From a virus, in the IMG/VR virus record IMGVR_UViG_3300045988_119033: a stretch of DNA of 64,000 bases; one strand, 5' to 3'. The notes under the pieces were generated by a model, which was not told where the DNA came from, did not search any database, and worked only from the letters and a program-made list of their open reading frames with translations. Below are positions 1-8,194 of the stretch, in pieces. The translations under genes and the position numbers were made by a program. Each line of letters begins with the position of its first letter. Within the stretch, counting starts at the first letter, position 1.

Positions 1-57
1 CCAGTTCCTTTAATAACTGGTATTGTAGAGGACTATATATATAAAGAATTAGAAGAC

Positions 58-3000
58 ATGGAGCACGTGTCTACCGACTATTTATATACAACCGGAGGTG
101 AGAACCAAAATAAGTATTCTGTTCTATTCAATTATGATACAATGGATTCTTTATCTGAATGGATGGATAAAGCATTTTTTGGTGATAACGCGGGTGATGT
201 ATCCGGCGATGGCGAACGACATCTTTGTTCTGAATTTTATCCGTACTTACAGCCAGGAAGCATATTAAAGACCGTATCTGATGCTATATACGTTCTTGAT
301 ACTATGCCTTGTACATGTGGATGTTATATTGAAAATTATTGTTCGGATCCTACTGTTTCAAGGTCTGATTATAATAACTTTCAAAACAACAATTACATCC
401 TTGGAGGATATATTTTACATATAGATGGGTGGAGTCAAAAGATAAATGGAAAAGGTAATTGGAGGGCTGGTAGATCAACGAGTACGGTAATAAATGATCA
501 ATACCGGTCAAAGAACGGACCGAAATATTGCATTGAACAGTTCTGGCCTGATGCGTCCAACAAGCTCCAGGATATGATATACAAAAATTCGGACACCGGA
601 ATACCTGAAACCGATTGGGAATTTGAGGGATATGCAAATAATGCCACATTCGAAAATCCTACTGGAGATAAACTTAATATAGGATTTGCTTCTGAGTTTG
701 TAGTTCGTAAGTTCGTGAGGAATGTAATGACCAATGCCAGGTTTATTAGAATCAATAGACCGGAGGAATGGGATATAGAAGGATATAAGGAAGAAAATAA
801 GGTCCTTTATCTTGAAGCCCTTGGGAAGATAGATGGTATAATGGATGCTGTGTCTACCAATTACGTTCGTGTTTCTTTTTGGAAGGATATAGAGACATGG
901 AATCCACTTGGCACAATACCGGTAGATTTCGATAGGCCTGAACATGCTTCAGGACATTCGGTTATTATTAATATAGCAAGACCTGCATGGGGAACTATAG
1001 ATGATAAATTCTTTAAAGAAACGATAAAGCAAAATTATTTTTATGTAACAATAGAATCGCCGGTTGTAGCTGTTCCTTGGATAATGACATTCAGGAAAAT
1101 ACAATTCTGTGAATATAAGAATAAGGATACTCCAGACGAGGAGGAGGAACCAAGCAAGAAGCCGTCTCGTGCTATTTTAGGCGTTTCTTTTGTTACAGGT
1201 AAAACTATATATCCGTATATTTTTGGTATAAGAGAAAAGGAGGTAAATAAGATTGATTTGTCTGTGGATTCTATAACACTTAGATCAACTGTCTTATTTG
1301 CATCAAAATGTCAGACATGTGGAGATAGGCCCATCAATTGCAAGCCTCGTCCTTATAAATACGGGGATTTTGCATATTGGGAATCATCTGAGAAATATCC
1401 TGCTAATTTTGAACTTTATGATAGTAGCAGGATGAAAATAGACACAGGCAGATCTTATGATGATCCAAAAAAAACAGAAGCTTATTCTAATATTATGAAT
1501 AAGTTAACAGAATATTATGGTGCTCCTTTGTCAGACAAAAATGGATTATCTTATTTCAAGGGTCATTCTTATGGAGGGATAGATACTTCTACCATATTTT
1601 GTCAACAACCTATACGTCATTACCGGTTCCCAGATAATAAGCATATACCGTTCATGAACAGTGACGAACGTGGATATGACATAGCTTCTGAAATATATCC
1701 GGTAGGTATTATGGTAGATGAGAATACCATACAAGTGTTTTTGGATTTTGCAGTGGATTCTGGTTTGATTACGCAACAACAAAGAGACACGATTGTAGGA
1801 TATGAACTGTATCGTGGAGATAGGAGACTAAATAGGTCGGTTGTGGCTTCAGGATTAGCCTATGATATGCTTAGATACATAGGAGACGATGGTAATGTGA
1901 ATATCTATCCTAATTATCCATATAATGACCTGTCACAAGATCAATATAATTATACGTCTGGCAAAAGAGACGAGTTTATATCTCATCCTTTCGACAAAGG
2001 AGGAAACGTGTGGTATTCATTCTGTTCACCTGATATTTATTTCAACAAGCCAGAACTTCCAAATGAAGTATGTATAGACGGGTTTCAAAGAGGAATGTCT
2101 GTGGGCAGTTTCGTACCTGTAGAAGATCATCCAAAATGGACTATCTTAGGTCCTGCCGCATACACGATGGCTGCGTCGCTTGCCGCAGTTGAATCAAGTG
2201 CCACAATAGCGGCTATGATAGCAGAAGAGCTTCAGATAAGGGCGCAGTCTGGATACATAGGAGGGTCGGCCGGTCTTACCGGAGGAGGATTCCTGACTAA
2301 TTTAAGTGTGGCCATGCTGTTTTCTTCAATGGTGTCAACCATCAGCCAGACTCTTGCTAAAGGCCCGATATTGTACGGTAAATATCGTTATGATTGGCTT
2401 AATACGTTTATAAACAATGGACCAAGACGTAATCATGCATGGTATTATACTTCTGTGGGATTATATAATTCAATGATAGGCATAACAGATCAGGATAAGT
2501 ATGAACGAAATTTTGCCCGTGGTTTATCTTCTGTTAAGTACATTAAGTCTGGCGTATATCCGATGATGGATGCCAGTATGTCTTCTAAATGGGGAACCGG
2601 TAGAAATGATAATGAGGGACGTTTCTTATTCGTTAATAATATAGATCGTGAATCTTCGTTATTTTTATCATTTGGTGATCCAGGTGAAAAAGGAGATGGT
2701 AAATCGAAATATTTATTGGAATATCCGAACTATGTTTACAATTACGACAGTAGCCGCATAGATGATTCGGTTATTGCTGGAAGTGATGTTGTAGCAGGAA
2801 GAACATTCGAGCAATCCAAAACAGTATCGTACATCTGTTCTCCGTATATGAGACTTATGCGATATAGGCCGGATCAATATGGACAGATAGAAGATATAAA
2901 ATGGATTTCCATAGGTGGATGTGGATTTTTCACTAATGAAAAGAAACTGATGTTCGGTGGCGATACGGTAATAACAAGATTCTCATTAAAAAGAAAATTC

Positions 3001-4932
3001 CCTGTTTTTTATAATAGCGCTTTTGGTATTGGAGACATGATACCATTCCCATACATGGATTACAGAAATGTAGGGTATCCAAGATATTTTGTTAATTATG
3101 ATACTGGAGAAGACGCTCTTGAGACAATAGATAACGAACGTTTCAATAGCTGGACATCATCTAATAAAGGAAGATACGCTTTTTATCCAAACAGGAAGAG
3201 CTTATACGAATTAAATGGTGACACATCCGGCAGGTACGTTAATGGAAGATTTTATACATGGTTCTATGGCATTCCTCAGTTCCTTGTAGAGTCTGAAATA
3301 AATTGTAATTTCAGATTAGAGGGCCCTCAGCCTTATGAATTATTCTATCCAAAAGTAGGAGATTTTGTTTGGTGGACACAAGAAAAGAACGTATCTATCC
3401 ATAGGGATAATGATTACAAGATAAGTCCTATCTATTCGTCGAGGATGACACTAACACCAAATGTATTGCCGGCAACGTACGAACGACGTTTTTATGACTG
3501 TGCTTACCAACGTCCTAATGGTGTTATATGGAGTAGGGCTGATGTATCTGAAAACAGTCAAACAGATCCGTGGCTGACGTACAAGCCTATGGACTATCAT
3601 GAGTTCCCAACCAACAACGGGAAGCTTATTCACATGAAGCGTATTGAATCCGATCAGATTCTTGTTAGATTCGAGGATCAGGTTTCGCTCCATAACGCCA
3701 TAGACGTAATCAAGGAGCGTACCTCCCCAGGGCGGGCTGAGATGGGCACCGGCGGTCTGTTCGCGTCCCGGCCTCTGGAGTACAACACGACCGACCTTGG
3801 CTATTCTGGAACCCAGAGTACTGAAATAATTAGTTCAGAATTTGGTCACTTCTGGGTGGATACTAAAAGAGCACAGGTGTTCATGACCGATCCAAATGGA
3901 CGCAATCTTAAGGAACTTAGTGTAGGTATCAGACATTGGCTTAAGCGTCATCTTCCGTTTAAGATCCTTAGATACGGAATAACTAATATCTTAACCGGTA
4001 CAGAGATGACAGAAGAAGATACAGACAATAAATTTATCGGTCTTGGTCTGTCTCTTGGATGGGATAACAGGTATAAGAGGGTACTTATCACGAAAAAAGA
4101 TTATATACCTGTTAAGAACCCGGCATATTATAAATATGATGGTGGAAGGTTCTTGTACAATGAAACAGAGGTGCTGTCAAACGATAAGAAAATATCTTTA
4201 AAAGACGAACAGTATTTCAAGGACGTGTCGTTCACTATCGGATATTCGTGTCTGAAACAAGAATGGATTTCTTATTATTCATTCTGTCCTGACTATTATA
4301 TAGAACAGCAACAATATTTCCAGACAGGAATAAACTTCCCGGCATCGGATGAAGAAGGTGGCTTATGGAGCCATTTGCTGACGAATAAGAGCTTTCAGAC
4401 ATTTTACGGAGCAACATATCCATTTATATTAGAAGTGCCGATAAAAGAGAAATATAACGGTTCTACGCTGGCTTCTGTTGAGTATGAGCTTGATGCGAGG
4501 AAATACGTCGATGATGTGAATTACACTCTTGACAGGAAAGTAGGTTTAGATACGATAACTATCTACAACGACACAAACAACTCAGGCGAAATTCATCTTG
4601 TTCCAGAAAAAAAGAATAATTTAGCGCAGCGTATATCGTATCCGAAGATCGTAGGCGACCATACTGAGATTCTGGATACCGAGGTATATAGAAGACATAA
4701 GTTAAACGACTTCTTTAATAGGGTTGACGATGACCGATCTGAAACACCTATCTGGATCAAGGACGATAACGATATAAATAAGTCGGTTAATCCTGATGCT
4801 CTTAATTTTAGACGGTCATGGCTTGATAGGTTAAGAGGAAGTTGGATGCTGATGAGGATAAAGAAAGTAATTAGCAACCGGAAGATTATATTCCAGTGGT
4901 TGATTTCTGAAGATAAGATTAAGAATAGATGA
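58..4932 (+). CDS. Giant virion-associated protein (1624 aa), possibly a tail fibre/spike-like structural protein; function not recognisable
   Basis: Uninterrupted 4.9 kb ORF in the plus-strand structural block, followed immediately by a Gly-rich fibre-like gene. No motif recognised. Confidence 0.45.
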   Translation: MEHVSTDYLYTTGGENQNKYSVLFNYDTMDSLSEWMDKAFFGDNAGDVSGDGERHLCSEFYPYLQPGSILKTVSDAIYVLDTMPCTCGCYIENYCSDPTVSRSDYNNFQNNNYILGGYILHIDGWSQKINGKGNWRAGRSTSTVINDQYRSKNGPKYCIEQFWPDASNKLQDMIYKNSDTGIPETDWEFEGYANNATFENPTGDKLNIGFASEFVVRKFVRNVMTNARFIRINRPEEWDIEGYKEENKVLYLEALGKIDGIMDAVSTNYVRVSFWKDIETWNPLGTIPVDFDRPEHASGHSVIINIARPAWGTIDDKFFKETIKQNYFYVTIESPVVAVPWIMTFRKIQFCEYKNKDTPDEEEEPSKKPSRAILGVSFVTGKTIYPYIFGIREKEVNKIDLSVDSITLRSTVLFASKCQTCGDRPINCKPRPYKYGDFAYWESSEKYPANFELYDSSRMKIDTGRSYDDPKKTEAYSNIMNKLTEYYGAPLSDKNGLSYFKGHSYGGIDTSTIFCQQPIRHYRFPDNKHIPFMNSDERGYDIASEIYPVGIMVDENTIQVFLDFAVDSGLITQQQRDTIVGYELYRGDRRLNRSVVASGLAYDMLRYIGDDGNVNIYPNYPYNDLSQDQYNYTSGKRDEFISHPFDKGGNVWYSFCSPDIYFNKPELPNEVCIDGFQRGMSVGSFVPVEDHPKWTILGPAAYTMAASLAAVESSATIAAMIAEELQIRAQSGYIGGSAGLTGGGFLTNLSVAMLFSSMVSTISQTLAKGPILYGKYRYDWLNTFINNGPRRNHAWYYTSVGLYNSMIGITDQDKYERNFARGLSSVKYIKSGVYPMMDASMSSKWGTGRNDNEGRFLFVNNIDRESSLFLSFGDPGEKGDGKSKYLLEYPNYVYNYDSSRIDDSVIAGSDVVAGRTFEQSKTVSYICSPYMRLMRYRPDQYGQIEDIKWISIGGCGFFTNEKKLMFGGDTVITRFSLKRKFPVFYNSAFGIGDMIPFPYMDYRNVGYPRYFVNYDTGEDALETIDNERFNSWTSSNKGRYAFYPNRKSLYELNGDTSGRYVNGRFYTWFYGIPQFLVESEINCNFRLEGPQPYELFYPKVGDFVWWTQEKNVSIHRDNDYKISPIYSSRMTLTPNVLPATYERRFYDCAYQRPNGVIWSRADVSENSQTDPWLTYKPMDYHEFPTNNGKLIHMKRIESDQILVRFEDQVSLHNAIDVIKERTSPGRAEMGTGGLFASRPLEYNTTDLGYSGTQSTEIISSEFGHFWVDTKRAQVFMTDPNGRNLKELSVGIRHWLKRHLPFKILRYGITNILTGTEMTEEDTDNKFIGLGLSLGWDNRYKRVLITKKDYIPVKNPAYYKYDGGRFLYNETEVLSNDKKISLKDEQYFKDVSFTIGYSCLKQEWISYYSFCPDYYIEQQQYFQTGINFPASDEEGGLWSHLLTNKSFQTFYGATYPFILEVPIKEKYNGSTLASVEYELDARKYVDDVNYTLDRKVGLDTITIYNDTNNSGEIHLVPEKKNNLAQRISYPKIVGDHTEILDTEVYRRHKLNDFFNRVDDDRSETPIWIKDDNDINKSVNPDALNFRRSWLDRLRGSWMLMRIKKVISNRKIIFQWLISEDKIKNR

Positions 4933-4933
4933 C

Positions 4934-5827
4934 ATGAGAAGAAGGTTTGAGGCATATAAACAACAACCAAAATTGGTGAAATTAATGGGTAATCTAGGGG
5001 TAGATCAGAATTATACGATAGAAAAAGGATATCGTTATTTTGATTTACTTGTAGTTGGAGGTGGCGGCGGAGGTGGCACAAACAGTGGTGGCGGTGGAGC
5101 TTCTGGAACAATAGCATTTGCTCGTAATATAAAAATCTCTTTGCTACCGAAAACTTTGACTTGTAAAATTGCAAAGCCTGTAAATGCACAAACTGATGGG
5201 GATAGTACAACTCTTGAAATAAACGGGGATACGATAATCTGTGCTGGAGGGCAAAGAGGTAATAGTGAGGGAGCAGGAGGGCTTGGTAATGGCTCTAAAA
5301 TACCAGACAGTATATATACCATTCTATCAAAGTTGGTAGAAAACCCATCTTCCGATATCGCGATTTGTAATAATGGTGGAGGCTCTCCTGGTTATTGGAA
5401 TGGTTCTTACGGTTATGCTGGTGGTTCAGGCGCATCTATGTCGGGTAATGGAAATTCATCGTCAGGAATGACCGGTGGAAACAGTGTAAGTAATGCAGAT
5501 GGTATGGGCGGTTATAAAGGTGGAAATAGTCAATCTTATCAAGGTGGTACAGGATATAAATATAACAATGTACTTATTCCTATTGGCCTATTTGGAGGAG
5601 GTGGAACTTCGGGGAAAGGCTCGAACGGATCTGGTTCGGATGGATCTGGAGCAGGTGGTGGGGCGGCAGGTCTTGAATCAGGTGGAAATGGTGGAAATTC
5701 AGGGTCAAGCAATCCTACGAATGGCGGAAATGGTGGCATTGGAGCTGGTGGCGGAGGAGGTGGTGGTCTGTCACGTAAAGGAGGAAAAGGAGGACAGGGT
5801 ATAATTTGTTTATATTATCATAATTGA
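4934..5827 (+). CDS. Glycine-rich collagen-like fibre protein with N-terminal MRRRFE motif
   Basis: Poly-Gly/GGxGG runs throughout. The start codon sits 1 nt after the upstream stop. The N-terminus MRRRFE is shared with the ORF at 42978 and is near-identical to the ORF at 25412. Antisense Pro-rich ORFs here are mirror artefacts. Confidence 0.5.
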   Translation: MRRRFEAYKQQPKLVKLMGNLGVDQNYTIEKGYRYFDLLVVGGGGGGGTNSGGGGASGTIAFARNIKISLLPKTLTCKIAKPVNAQTDGDSTTLEINGDTIICAGGQRGNSEGAGGLGNGSKIPDSIYTILSKLVENPSSDIAICNNGGGSPGYWNGSYGYAGGSGASMSGNGNSSSGMTGGNSVSNADGMGGYKGGNSQSYQGGTGYKYNNVLIPIGLFGGGGTSGKGSNGSGSDGSGAGGGAAGLESGGNGGNSGSSNPTNGGNGGIGAGGGGGGGLSRKGGKGGQGIICLYYHN

Positions 5828-5863
5828 TTTATTTATTCAAATTAATGTATTTTTAAATATTTT

Positions 5864-5896
5864 AATTTGATAATTAGATTTTAGTCTTTATATTTG
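5864..5896 (+). promoter_or_regulatory. Candidate Bacteroidetes-type promoter (-33 TTTG / -7 TATATTTG) driving the tRNA-like array
   Basis: TTTG at 5864-5867 and TATATTTG at 5889-5896, about 21 nt apart. This matches the Bacteroidetes sigma-A consensus TTTG-N19-21-TAnnTTTG. Confidence 0.4.
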
Positions 5897-5927
5897 CATC
5901 GTAATCAAGAGAGATTATGATATAAGA

Positions 5928-6017
5928 CAGTGGTGATGGAAGGTGATACTTCGGTTTGTGTCATAGGTTCGAGTCCTATATTTTTCATGCAAGAAAAATT
6001 AGATCAGTTGGTAGATC
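5928..6017 (+). ncRNA. tRNA-like element with permuted-looking order: T-arm plus 3' acceptor-like strand, then 5' acceptor-like strand plus D-arm
   Basis: T-arm ATAGG-TTCGAGT-CCTAT at 5963-5979, followed by ATTTTTC at 5980-5986. After a 6-nt spacer, GAAAAAT at 5993-5999 is its exact complement, then TA, then D-arm GATC-AGTTGGTA-GATC at 6002-6017. No anticodon arm found. Confidence 0.3.
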
Positions 6018-6099
6018 AAAACTTCCTTTCATATCAAAACACATTCCAGGTTTTCCCTGTTTTAATAAAATATACAGATGGTGAGGAGTTCGGTTACTT

Positions 6100-6172
6100 C
6101 GAAAATTAGCATAGTGGATAATGCGGTATTCTGTAAAAATACTTTTCATTGGTTCGAATCCAATATTTTCAT
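6100..6172 (+). tRNA. tRNA, anticodon GUA (Tyr-type), class I cloverleaf with a C1:A72 mismatch
   Basis: Hand-folded. Acceptor CGAAAAT/ATTTTCA (6 of 7 pairs); D-stem GCAT/ATGC with loop AGTGGATA; anticodon stem GTATT/AATAC with loop CTGTAAA; 5-nt variable loop; T-arm ATTGG-TTCGAAT-CCAAT; discriminator T. Confidence 0.55.
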
Positions 6173-6247
6173 TTTAATCATCCGGCTCCGTTTTTCCTCT
6201 GTTTGAAATATATAAAAACTAATGAGTGGTGATGGGGTTAGTTACTT

Positions 6248-6320
6248 CGAATTTAGCTCAGATGGATAGAGCGATACTCTTTTAAAGTATAGGTCAATGG
6301 TTCAAATCCATTATTTCATT
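6248..6320 (+). ncRNA. tRNA-like element (anticodon-loop UUU, Lys-type) with a degenerate acceptor stem; possible Y-RNA-like module
   Basis: D-arm GCTC-AGATGGATA-GAGC; anticodon stem ATACT/AGTAT with loop CTTTTAA; T-arm AATGG-TTCAAAT-CCATT. The acceptor strands do not pair (at best 4 of 7). A possible closing helix joins AATGAG(T)GG at 6221-6229 with CCCTCATT at 6343-6350. Confidence 0.4.
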
Positions 6321-6378
6321 GTTTACACTAACTTCAGCTTTTCCCTCATTGAGTATTCATTTTGATATATTTTTTTCA

Positions 6379-6409
6379 AGCAGTGGTAGTAATATCACTG
6401 CTTTTTTTG
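6379..6409 (+). terminator. Rho-independent terminator ending the tRNA-like array
   Basis: Stem AGCAGTG/CACTGCT with a 10-nt loop, followed by TTTTTTTGT. Confidence 0.6.
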
Positions 6410-6434
6410 TATAACACTTTAAAGAAAACAACAA

Positions 6435-8069
6435 ATGGGAAAGTTTAACAAAAAGGATGAAGGTGTTAAACCTACGATCGTGAATCACATGGGAGAGAAG
6501 GCGTATAAGCCTAACGCAGAAGAAGAGTTGGTATCTACGGTAATGACTACCATGTTATCTGATTCTTATTATGAGAAAGAAAAAGATAAAGTAGAAAGAA
6601 TTAAGAGCCTTATGGATCAAATAGATCCGTATTTCGCAGCACAAACAGCATTGTATGTCAGGAAAGAAGGAAAGCTTAGGTCAGTAACGCATCTTATGGC
6701 TTCTGTCCTTGCCAGCAAAGCATCGGGTAAGGAATGGGCTTCAAGGTTCTATAACAAGATCGTTATGCGTCCTGATGATATGAGCGAAATCCTTGGCTGT
6801 TATGCGGCTCTTAACGACAAAAATCCAAAGAAGTTAAGAGGAATATCCAGCGCTATTAAGAAAGGATTTAAGACGGCTTTGGAAGGTCTTGATCCGTATC
6901 GGATTGATAAGTATAAGATGGACAGTAGGGTCATTACTATGGTTGACTTAGTAAACTTATTTCACCCTAAAGGCAATCAGGCTAACAAAACGGCTTTCCA
7001 GTACCTTATAGAAGGTAGGTCTTTGTCTGGATTATACGAAAGCAAGATTCTTGAAAAAGAAATGTCTAAAGCCGGACAGGATAAGAAAGATAATAAGGAA
7101 AAGAAAGAAGCTTTAGGTGACGCTATTCGGGACGTGGTTTCTAATGTAAAAGGTATGCCTATTTTTAATATGGTTCGTAACCTTGTAAACATAATCAAAT
7201 ACGCACCTGATCAAATAGATGAAGTTTGTAGGCAGCTTACAATAGAAGAGAAGGTGCTTAATTCGAAGATGCTTCCTTTCCGTTTTGCTTCAGCTTTCAA
7301 AGAGGTTGAAAATATGGGCACTGATGGTTCCGATAACGATATTGTATTTGAGTCGGATAAAAAACGAGCTAAATTAACAGCGCGTAATAAATATAAGATT
7401 TTAGATGCGTTGGAGAAAGCCATAACCATCTCCTGCAAGAACTTGCCGGTATTGGAGGGGCGGTCGGCTATCCTGATTGACCACTCTGGCTCTGTACGTG
7501 GAGATATGGGAGGATCTTCTGAAGTGTCTGCCTTTAGCAAAACAAATACGGCTGTCATTGGTAACTTGTTTGGCTGTATGATTGCTTCTGTGCTTCCTGA
7601 CGTATTTATTGGTATGTTTGGTGACAAACTTATCAATTACGAATATGATAGAAGCAGAGGTGTTTTATGGAACAACAAAAAATCTTTTACTGCCGGAGGA
7701 GAATGCGGTGGTGCTACTGAAAACGGTCTTTTTGCATTCTTGGAAAAGTGCATCAAAGATAAGATAAAAGTAGATAACTTGTACGTTATTTCAGATATGC
7801 AGATAGGAGATGGCGAATCTATTGTATGGGAAAAAAGTTCCAATTATGAATATGGTAAATTCGCTGAACTTTTGAAAAAGTTCAAGAAAGTGAATCCAAA
7901 TTGCAAAATCGTTTCTATTTCTATTCAAGGATATGGAAGTGAGATGTTTTACAGAGGATCTAATATCTTGAACATAGCTGGCTGGTCAGAATCTATCTTC
8001 GATGTTATTAACAGCAAGTTCTGCGGATATAAGAATATGATTGAGGAAATTAAGAAAATAAAAATATAA
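6435..8069 (+). CDS. rsr: Ro60/Rsr orthologue (TROVE domain plus C-terminal vWA domain with a DxSGS MIDAS motif)
   Basis: 544 aa, the size of Ro60. The N-terminal TROVE-like stretch (SDSYYEKEK ... FAAQTALYVRKEG) aligns by eye to Ro60. The C-terminal vWA region carries ILIDHSGSV (DxSGS), AGGECG and LYVISDMQ in the order of the Ro60 vWA domain. Confidence 0.7.
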   Translation: MGKFNKKDEGVKPTIVNHMGEKAYKPNAEEELVSTVMTTMLSDSYYEKEKDKVERIKSLMDQIDPYFAAQTALYVRKEGKLRSVTHLMASVLASKASGKEWASRFYNKIVMRPDDMSEILGCYAALNDKNPKKLRGISSAIKKGFKTALEGLDPYRIDKYKMDSRVITMVDLVNLFHPKGNQANKTAFQYLIEGRSLSGLYESKILEKEMSKAGQDKKDNKEKKEALGDAIRDVVSNVKGMPIFNMVRNLVNIIKYAPDQIDEVCRQLTIEEKVLNSKMLPFRFASAFKEVENMGTDGSDNDIVFESDKKRAKLTARNKYKILDALEKAITISCKNLPVLEGRSAILIDHSGSVRGDMGGSSEVSAFSKTNTAVIGNLFGCMIASVLPDVFIGMFGDKLINYEYDRSRGVLWNNKKSFTAGGECGGATENGLFAFLEKCIKDKIKVDNLYVISDMQIGDGESIVWEKSSNYEYGKFAELLKKFKKVNPNCKIVSISIQGYGSEMFYRGSNILNIAGWSESIFDVINSKFCGYKNMIEEIKKIKI

Positions 8070-8128
8070 TCATTGATTTTGCTTCAAATGTAATTTCCAT
8101 AGTAAAAAAGTTTTAGCTTTAAAGGTAT

Positions 8129-8167
8129 AGCCGAAGAAGTACGTGAGTATATCTTCGGCTTTTTTTA
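8129..8167 (+). terminator. Rho-independent terminator after rsr
   Basis: Stem AGCCGAAGA/TCTTCGGCT with a 14-nt loop, followed by a T7 run. Confidence 0.7.
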
Positions 8168-8169
8168 TT

Positions 8170-8177
8170 TACCTTTG
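8170..8177 (+). promoter_or_regulatory. Bacteroidetes-type -7 box TACCTTTG
   Basis: TAnnTTTG motif 18 nt upstream of the ATG at 8195. Confidence 0.4.
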
Positions 8178-8194
8178 TTAAAAAACAGTTTGTT

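Noticed and set aside
1-21. Hairpin CCAGTT-N9-AACTGG at the extreme 5' end of the window
   Set aside because: Its context is truncated by the window edge and it is not followed by a T-run. It cannot be assessed.
350-945. Minus-strand ORFs (350-649, 498-755, 508-945) nested inside the 1624-aa plus-strand gene
   Set aside because: They lie antisense within a long uninterrupted ORF that fits the strand flow of the whole block. No independent signals. Treated as frame noise.
5035-5739. Pro-rich minus-strand ORFs (5035-5322, 5539-5739) and the plus-strand ORF 5493-5804 overlapping the Gly-rich fibre gene
   Set aside because: These are mirror images of GGN-rich coding sequence (reverse complement NCC gives Pro). 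The Gly-rich plus-strand frame is the coherent gene.
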